Virus record (IMG/VR): IMGVR_UViG_3300042453_004661
Span: 32,001-96,000 of that record
Strand: one strand, 5' to 3'
DNA: 64,000 bases
DNA from: a virus
The position numbers were made by a program, and so were the translations under genes. How positions within the stretch are numbered: position 1 is the first letter of the stretch; the number at the start of each line of letters is the position of its first letter. The notes under the pieces are model-generated. The model did not search any database and was not told the DNA's origin. It worked only from the letters and a program-made list of their open reading frames with translations. Shown here one piece after another: positions 19,563 through 26,819 of this stretch.

Positions 19563-21401
19563 ATGATCAAATTAGGGTATTACAAATTTGGACATATTGA
19601 TCATGAATCTGGAGCCATGGCCGATGAAGGTATCGTGCATGTTGATGGAGAACATGTATCTGTAGTAGACGACCATGCGGGATACTTGGCGACTATTATC
19701 CCAGACGGATCTGTTGGTATGGAAGAAGGTGAGCATATTATGCGAAGCATCAATATGAATCAGTATTCCAGGTTTGTCTACATAGGCGATAAAGAAGAAG
19801 ATATTGCCGAGCATTATAATCCAGTTAATGCCAGTCCCGAACTCGAGAAGGGCATCAAGGACATGATGGCAGGAGCCATGATGGGTATTGCAGGCGCAGG
19901 CGGGATGCTGTATGCGCCTAGCGCAACAAACCAATCTGCAGTATCTAGCCCATCAGTTCCTGTTAGCCGGGCCAGCTCTGACTCTGAAATTGTTGACAAC
20001 CTTGCAAGGATCGAGTCTAGCGGTGGAAAGAATGTAGTCCACGGCATGACCGGAGACTCTGTCCATACAGATATTCAAAGAGCAGTTGGGCATACCGGAA
20101 ACCTCCCGTCTTCTGTAATTGAAGAGTCTGCAAAGAATCCGTATTTAAAAAATACCGATATCGGTCAAGGCGTTAGAAGAATTGCTGGGCTTGAGGGCTT
20201 TGCAACAGGAAACACATACAACACCAGATCCTATATTGAAAAGACTCCGGCAAAAGAAAAGTCAAAACATTACGCCAAGATCAACAAAATTACTCAGAAT
20301 CCTGAAAATGACCGAAAGATTACTGAGGCTCGAATCAAAAACCACCGAGACATATTTTCCGAACTCACCAAAGACCCGCATGAGCTAGAACTTTTGATTG
20401 CTCATGCTCATCATAATTATTACCTAAATACCAAGAAAATCTTCAGAAAGCATGGCATTAAAGGGATTATCAATCATGCCGGGGCAGAAGGTAATTATGT
20501 GAAAAAGTATGCCGAGACACTTCCTGATGGACATCCTACTAAAAACCTTTTTAATAAGCATTACAAGAAGAAATTCTTCAAGAAAAGCATTGCCGAAGAT
20601 TATGAGCTAGAGGATCTTCAAAAGTCTACCAAGCAATATAAAGAAATGCTTGGCGATGTAACCCAACACAAAGAAGCTTTTGATGTTGCAAAGAAAATGC
20701 CCAATTCAAACTGGGGAACTTGGGTCATTAGAAACTACAAGCAAAATCCAGAAAAATTTCATAGCTTAAAAGAAGAAATTGTAAATCATGCCGGACTTCA
20801 TGAGAATCTCGAATATTCTGGCGTTAGATTTGATAAAGAGCATGACTTTGATCATGGCATAGGCATGCTTAGGGATGCAAATAAGAAATTTGAAGAAAGA
20901 TTCTCTAAAGATACGCACATCATAATCCCGCAAGGTGAAAAAAAGGTCATGGATGCTGGAGATGGAATGGCTTGGTTTTCGGCTGGGAAATCATGGTGTC
21001 CCAGGGAAGCCAAAGCTATGGGCCATTGTGGGAATCAGCCTTCCGCAAGGCCTTTTCATGACTTATTTTCATTAAGAACTGTCCACAAGGTAAATGGCAA
21101 GGAATACCATGAGCCTCATGTCACTTTTATTCTTGATAAAGAAAATAACACTTTTGGAGAAATGAAGGGCCGGACAAACAAAAAACCAACTAAGCAATAT
21201 CATAATGCAATTGCCCAATTGTTGGCTAGGGGATATGTTCCGTTTGGTGGAGTCCATGCCCCAGACCAAGATTTTCATATTGACGATTTGAGTCCGGAAT
21301 TGAAGAAATTTGTTGCCGAAAAAAATATACGAGCCTTTATCAACTCTTCTGATCCAGAGTTGTCAGCAAAAGCTCTAGAGGCATCTATGGGGCGTTCTTA
21401 A
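19563..21401 (+). CDS. Polyvalent protein: lysozyme/SLT-like domain + PcfJ-like domain
   Basis: ELEK|G linker, hydrophobic stretch, LARIESSGGKN (SLT-like ES motif); linker FFKK|S..DLQK|S; then EAKAMGHCG...FSLR...PHVTF...EMKGRTNKKP, which is PcfJ-like. Confidence 0.55.
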   Translation: MIKLGYYKFGHIDHESGAMADEGIVHVDGEHVSVVDDHAGYLATIIPDGSVGMEEGEHIMRSINMNQYSRFVYIGDKEEDIAEHYNPVNASPELEKGIKDMMAGAMMGIAGAGGMLYAPSATNQSAVSSPSVPVSRASSDSEIVDNLARIESSGGKNVVHGMTGDSVHTDIQRAVGHTGNLPSSVIEESAKNPYLKNTDIGQGVRRIAGLEGFATGNTYNTRSYIEKTPAKEKSKHYAKINKITQNPENDRKITEARIKNHRDIFSELTKDPHELELLIAHAHHNYYLNTKKIFRKHGIKGIINHAGAEGNYVKKYAETLPDGHPTKNLFNKHYKKKFFKKSIAEDYELEDLQKSTKQYKEMLGDVTQHKEAFDVAKKMPNSNWGTWVIRNYKQNPEKFHSLKEEIVNHAGLHENLEYSGVRFDKEHDFDHGIGMLRDANKKFEERFSKDTHIIIPQGEKKVMDAGDGMAWFSAGKSWCPREAKAMGHCGNQPSARPFHDLFSLRTVHKVNGKEYHEPHVTFILDKENNTFGEMKGRTNKKPTKQYHNAIAQLLARGYVPFGGVHAPDQDFHIDDLSPELKKFVAEKNIRAFINSSDPELSAKALEASMGRS

Positions 21402-21425
21402 TATTAGATTGGTAATATAAGGTGT

Positions 21426-24400
21426 ATGGCTATCCCGCCCAAAAAAATCTATACCCAGATGCAAAAGTCTGATTCAGATGGCCAGGCTCCTATCTCTTTT
21501 AATTTTAAAAGCCTTAAGCCGGAGCAGAAAGCAAAATTCCTTCAAAATCCTAATCTTCATCCAGATATACTTCATAAGTTAAGTGAGGATGATAATTTAA
21601 AGTTGTCAATAGCAGAGAATCCTAATACTCGCTCAGACACACTTCATAGGCTAAGCGATAGTGAGTATGGGATTGTAAGGGGTGCAGTAGCAGAGCATCC
21701 AAATACCCACCCAGACACGCTTCATAAGTTAAGTGAAGATAGGGATGATGATGTGAGGAGGATGGTAGCAGAGAATCCCAATGCCCATCCGGATACAATT
21801 CATAAGCTGAGTGGGGATAAGAATTCGCGTGTAAGGGAGGCAGTAGCAAAGCATCCTAACACCCATCCAGATATACTTCATAAGTTAAGTGGGGATAATT
21901 CTTTTATTGTAAAAGGAGCAGTAGCGAGAAATCCTAATGCCCATCCAGACACGCTTCGTAAGTTGAGTGAAGATGAGGGGGATTGGTCTGTAAGGGAGGC
22001 GGTAGCAAAGCATCCTAATATTCATCCGGACACGCTTCATAGGCTAAGTGAGAGTGAGTATGAGACTGTAAGGGAGGCAGTAGCAAGGAATCCAAATGCC
22101 CACCCAGATATACTTCATAAGTTGTGGAAAGACAAGTGGCCAAGAGTAAGATCTGCAGTAGCAGAGCATCCTAATACCCGCTCAGATATACTTTTTGGAT
22201 TATGTTACGATAGGGATTTTGAAGTAAGGGCTGGGGCAGCAAGAAATCCAAATATTCGTCCAGCTCTACTTGATAAGTTAAGTAGGGATACTCATTGGCC
22301 TGTAAGACAGGCAGCAGCAGAGCATCCTAATAACCATCCGGATATGCTTGATAAGTTAAGTAGGGATGTGGAGTGGGATGTAAGAGAAGCAGCCCGTAAA
22401 AACCCTAACCATCCAAATAACCAGATGAAAAAGTCTGATTCAGATAGCCAGACCCCTATCTCTTTTAATTTTGCAAACCTTAAGCCGGAGCAGAAAGCAA
22501 AATTCCTTCAAAACCCCAATGTTCATCCTAATGCGCTTCATGCTTTAAGCGGGGATGAGAATCATGAAGTAAGATTTGCAGTAGCAAAGCATCCTAATGC
22601 CCATCCAGATACACTTCATGGACTAAGTGAAAGAGAAGATGAGAATGAAAGTATAAGGCAGGCAGTAGCAAAACATCCAAATACCCATCCAGACACGCTT
22701 CATAAATTGAGTAAGGATGACGATTTAAAGCGGTTTGTGGCAATTCACCCAAATACCCATCCAGACACGCTTAATAGGTTAAGTAAAGACAAGTGGTCAG
22801 GAGTAAGAAGGGAGGTAGCAAGGAATCCAAATGCCCATCCAGATCTACTTCATAAGCTGAGCGAGGACAGGGATGTGTATGTAAGGGAAGGGGCAGCAAG
22901 GAATCCAAATGCCCATCCAGATCTACTTCATAAGTTAAGCGGGGATGAGAATCATGAAGTAAGATTTGCAGTAGCAAAGCATCCTAATGCCCATCCAGAT
23001 ACACTCCATAAGTTGAGTGGGGATAGCTTCGACTACAGCATAAGGGAGGCGGTAGCAATTCATCCCAATACCCATCCAGACATACTTCATAATTTAAGCG
23101 AGGATGAACATCTTTATGTAAGAGATGCAGTAGCAAAGAATCCAAATACCCGTCCAGATACTCTTCATAAATTGAGCGGGGATGAGGATGTAGATATAAG
23201 ACAGATAGTGGCCAGGAGTGCTAATGCTGGTCCAGAAACACTTCATAAGCTGAGTGGGGATAGGTCTTTTATTGTAAAAATGGAAGTGGCAAGGAATCCT
23301 AATACTCACCCAGATACACTTCATAAGCTGAATGGGGATGAGTCTTTTACTATAAGAGAGGCGGCCCGTAAAAACCCTAACCATCCAAATAACCAGATGA
23401 AAAAGTCTGATTCAGATAGCCAGACCCCTATCTCTTTTAATTTTGCAAGCCTTAAGCCGGAGCAGAAAATAAAATTCCTTCGAAACCCCAATGTTCGGCT
23501 TGATCTACTTCAGCAGTTAAGTGAGGATGAGGATGGAGATGTAAGGCAGGCAGTAGCGAAACATCCTAATACCCATCTAGATATAATTCATAAGTTGAGT
23601 GGGGATGAGCATAGCGGTACAAGGGCTATAGTAGCAAGGAATCCCAATATCCGTCCAAATATACTTCATGCATTAAGTCACGATAGGGATTTTGAAGTAA
23701 TGGCTGGGGCAGCAAGGAATCCAAATGCACATCCAGAAATACTTCAGAGGTTGAGTGAACATGAACATCCGTATGTAAGAATAGCGGTAGCAGAGAATCC
23801 TAATACCCATCCAGATATACTTCATAAGCTTAGTCAGGATGCGTATCAGCCTGTAAGAATGGCGGTAGCAAACCATAAAAATACCCACCCAGATATACTT
23901 AATGTGCTGAGTGATGATAAGGACGAGCTTATAAGAGAGGGGGTAGCAAAGAATCGCAATACCCATCCAGATACAATTCATAAGCTGAGTGGCGATAAGG
24001 ATGAGGATGTAAGATATGCGGTAGCAAGGAATCCAAATGCCCACCCAGATATACTTCATAGGCTGAGTCAAGACGATAATAGGTATGTAAGACAGGCGGT
24101 AGCACGACATCCCAGCACCCATCCAGACACGCTTCATAAATTAAGTGGGGATGAATTTTCTAGCGTAAGACAGGGATTGGCAATGAATCCTAATACTCAT
24201 CCGGATATGCTCAATAAGTTGGGCGGGGACAGAGATGGAGATGTAAGAGAAGCAGTAGCAAAACATCCAAATACCCATCCAGACACGCTTCGTAGGTTAG
24301 GTGGAGATTTAGATGTAGATGTAAGATATGCAGCCCTTCAACATCCTAACCATCCAAATAACCAGATGAAAAAGTCCGGTTCTACTCAGTTTGAAGACCC

Positions 24401-26762
24401 ATGGGACCAGGCTAAATACGATAGGGAAGAAGAGCAGTCTCTTGATAAAGCAGAATTCCTCACCGATGAAGATATTGCTTCAGATGACAAGGCTGATGGC
24501 ATTTATTTAATACCCCATAGCCATGAAAAAGATAGGATTGCTTCTTCAAGCAAATTTCATGGCACAGAGCTTAAGAGCGCATCAACACTATACAGGCATT
24601 ACAAGCATACTCCCCACCATCCTGTATCTCTTGGTCTCAAGTATTTGATTCATAGAATAGAAAATGCAAAAGACTATGACGAGGGGAATGCAGAAGAGCT
24701 AGATAATGATTTCTTGCAATTACATCAAGCGGGTAAGGCTTCAGAGAAAAACGGGTGGGTTAAATCTAGAGATTTGCAAGAATTTTATGAGAATCATGGC
24801 AAAAGACTAATTCCCCAGCTTATTGGTCACAAAAATAAGCTAGCAGAAGTCATCATGAAGCATCATCCGGAGTCAGTTGTCTATATTGATGGAAAACCGC
24901 ATGTAGCATTGACCAGGGGTCTAAATACTAAGATGCCAACCCAAGACCATGCATTGGCTAGCTATGCAGATAAAGACAATACTGGATTTGGCAGTCATAT
25001 GCATCATAGGTTTGTACCTCTTGATAATCTTTGGTATTCATATGCGTACGGCCCATACCCAGCTACAAGCCCAAGTTTTGGAAACGAACACGAATATCTT
25101 GTTTCTCCCCATAAGATCGTACCAGCAAAAAAAGAAGATATTAAAGAGATAGCCGGGAATAGAACTCTGTCACATGGATATATGCCTAATCTGGAAAGTG
25201 ACATAATAAATAACAAATTGTCTTTGGAAGATTTGCGTAAGGTTCATCCAGCATTGCTAGGAAGGGTCGTAATGAATTCTCTGGGCAATCGAGACCAGGA
25301 AACTCATGAGAAAGTTATTGATCATGTTTTGGACAAATTAGATCAACAAATTAAGTCTCCCAACATGAATAGCGACCTGGTCGGTTCCTTGCTCAATTCT
25401 TTGAAAAATGGCACTCTCAATACCTCAAAAGACATGACACATAGGGTTATACAAAAGATATCTGAAATTAACCATCGAGATCATGGGCATGTCTTGGCAA
25501 ATGATGCAACTTCCAAAATGAATGAAATAATAAGTAGGGAAGCGGGCGGCCTTCACGAAAAGACCTACAGAACTGCATTCGATCATGCGAAGTCGGCTTT
25601 TACATTAGAGGCTCAGAATTTAATGTTTGGCCTTGCTCAAAATCCATTCAGTCCTCAAGATGTGCTTCATGAATTATCCAATAGCGAAGTGCCTGGCATG
25701 AAAGAAAAAGTGGCAAGCAATTCAAATACTCATTCCGACACGCTCCATATCCTGTCTAATTTAGAAGACAATAGAGTTAAGCTTGCTGTTGCAGATAATC
25801 GATCTACTCACCCCAATACACTTCATGATATGGTAAAAAAGACAAAAACTCCAAAATCAATACACGGAACTTTGCCTCTTCCGGAAGATCATGATAATCT
25901 TAAGTTGCATAAAGTAATTGCTACCAATCCAAATACAATGGATGAAACTCATCATTTATTGATGGATAAATACCCATACTCAAGCCTTCCCGCACAAGCG
26001 ACTGATATCGGCATGCGTATTGCTTCTAATCCAAATATTTCAGATTCAATGATGAATAAGTTAAGCGTGAGTAGTTCGCCTGGAGTAAGGCGGAATATTG
26101 CCAGTAACTTAAAAACTAATGCAGATCTACTCCATAAACTAAGTGAAGATAATGATGATCATGTTAAATTCGCAGTAGCAAGCAATGAGAATACCCGCTC
26201 AGACACACTTCATAAACTAAGTGAAGATAGATATAATTTTGTAAGAACTGCAGTAGCAGAGCATCCCAATACCCATCCAGATACTCTTCATGCGATGAGT
26301 GAAGATCCAGTTGATGGAGTAAGGCGATCAGTAGCGGGAAGGTTAAATACTCGTCAAGATACGCTTCATAAAATGAGTGAGGATAAGTGGGCAGGAGTAA
26401 GGCAAGAGGTAGCAAGGAATCGCAATGCCCATCCAGACACACTTCATAAATTGAGCAATGATGAATATCTTGGCGTAAGAGAAGTGTTAGCAAGAAATCC
26501 AAGTATCCGCCAGGACACGCTTCATGTTTTAAGTAAGGATAAGGAAGATATGATAAGGCGGTCGGTAGCAAATCATCCTAATACCCATCCAGATACACTT
26601 CATGAGCTTAGTCAGGATTATAATGAGTTTGTAAGGGGGTCGGTGGCAAAAAATCCAAATACTCACCCAGACCTACTGGATAAGCTAAGTAAAGATGAAA
26701 GTCATGATGTAAGATGGGCAGTAGTAAATAATCCTAACTATAAGCCTAAGAATATGGGATAA
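21426..26762 (+). CDS. LRV/HEAT-repeat polyprotein with an internal ADP-ribosyltransferase-like domain
   Basis: Three units of 12 x ~26-aa repeats (VRxAVAxNPNTHPDTLHKLSxD) separated by QMxK|S linkers; then LTRG...LASY...NEHEYLV (R-S-ExE); then further C-terminal repeats. Confidence 0.8.
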   Translation: MAIPPKKIYTQMQKSDSDGQAPISFNFKSLKPEQKAKFLQNPNLHPDILHKLSEDDNLKLSIAENPNTRSDTLHRLSDSEYGIVRGAVAEHPNTHPDTLHKLSEDRDDDVRRMVAENPNAHPDTIHKLSGDKNSRVREAVAKHPNTHPDILHKLSGDNSFIVKGAVARNPNAHPDTLRKLSEDEGDWSVREAVAKHPNIHPDTLHRLSESEYETVREAVARNPNAHPDILHKLWKDKWPRVRSAVAEHPNTRSDILFGLCYDRDFEVRAGAARNPNIRPALLDKLSRDTHWPVRQAAAEHPNNHPDMLDKLSRDVEWDVREAARKNPNHPNNQMKKSDSDSQTPISFNFANLKPEQKAKFLQNPNVHPNALHALSGDENHEVRFAVAKHPNAHPDTLHGLSEREDENESIRQAVAKHPNTHPDTLHKLSKDDDLKRFVAIHPNTHPDTLNRLSKDKWSGVRREVARNPNAHPDLLHKLSEDRDVYVREGAARNPNAHPDLLHKLSGDENHEVRFAVAKHPNAHPDTLHKLSGDSFDYSIREAVAIHPNTHPDILHNLSEDEHLYVRDAVAKNPNTRPDTLHKLSGDEDVDIRQIVARSANAGPETLHKLSGDRSFIVKMEVARNPNTHPDTLHKLNGDESFTIREAARKNPNHPNNQMKKSDSDSQTPISFNFASLKPEQKIKFLRNPNVRLDLLQQLSEDEDGDVRQAVAKHPNTHLDIIHKLSGDEHSGTRAIVARNPNIRPNILHALSHDRDFEVMAGAARNPNAHPEILQRLSEHEHPYVRIAVAENPNTHPDILHKLSQDAYQPVRMAVANHKNTHPDILNVLSDDKDELIREGVAKNRNTHPDTIHKLSGDKDEDVRYAVARNPNAHPDILHRLSQDDNRYVRQAVARHPSTHPDTLHKLSGDEFSSVRQGLAMNPNTHPDMLNKLGGDRDGDVREAVAKHPNTHPDTLRRLGGDLDVDVRYAALQHPNHPNNQMKKSGSTQFEDPWDQAKYDREEEQSLDKAEFLTDEDIASDDKADGIYLIPHSHEKDRIASSSKFHGTELKSASTLYRHYKHTPHHPVSLGLKYLIHRIENAKDYDEGNAEELDNDFLQLHQAGKASEKNGWVKSRDLQEFYENHGKRLIPQLIGHKNKLAEVIMKHHPESVVYIDGKPHVALTRGLNTKMPTQDHALASYADKDNTGFGSHMHHRFVPLDNLWYSYAYGPYPATSPSFGNEHEYLVSPHKIVPAKKEDIKEIAGNRTLSHGYMPNLESDIINNKLSLEDLRKVHPALLGRVVMNSLGNRDQETHEKVIDHVLDKLDQQIKSPNMNSDLVGSLLNSLKNGTLNTSKDMTHRVIQKISEINHRDHGHVLANDATSKMNEIISREAGGLHEKTYRTAFDHAKSAFTLEAQNLMFGLAQNPFSPQDVLHELSNSEVPGMKEKVASNSNTHSDTLHILSNLEDNRVKLAVADNRSTHPNTLHDMVKKTKTPKSIHGTLPLPEDHDNLKLHKVIATNPNTMDETHHLLMDKYPYSSLPAQATDIGMRIASNPNISDSMMNKLSVSSSPGVRRNIASNLKTNADLLHKLSEDNDDHVKFAVASNENTRSDTLHKLSEDRYNFVRTAVAEHPNTHPDTLHAMSEDPVDGVRRSVAGRLNTRQDTLHKMSEDKWAGVRQEVARNRNAHPDTLHKLSNDEYLGVREVLARNPSIRQDTLHVLSKDKEDMIRRSVANHPNTHPDTLHELSQDYNEFVRGSVAKNPNTHPDLLDKLSKDESHDVRWAVVNNPNYKPKNMG
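21456..24362 (+). repeat. Three tandem ~970-bp units (966, 972, 969 bp), each built from 78-bp repeats
   Basis: The CAGATG(C/A)AAAAGTC linker starts at 21456, 22422, 23394 and 24363. About 84 bp is identical between ~22392-22475 and ~23364-23447. Confidence 0.85.
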
Positions 26763-26780
26763 TTGCATTTACCCCCGTAA

Positions 26781-26790
26781 GGGTATAATG
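26781..26790 (+). promoter_or_regulatory. Putative late-promoter motif GGGTATAATG
   Basis: Intergenic GGTATAAT. A TTGCAT lies upstream but with only a 15-bp spacer. Confidence 0.4.
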
Positions 26791-26819
26791 TTCTTGTCGG
26801 CACAAAATCAATAACCCAT

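Noticed and set aside
21456-26762. CRISPR array or diversity-generating retroelement as the source of the 78-bp periodicity
   Set aside because: The repeats are degenerate, in frame and protein-coding, with no invariant repeat/unique spacer pattern. The variation does not look adenine-restricted, and no reverse transcriptase or TR/VR pair is in the window.
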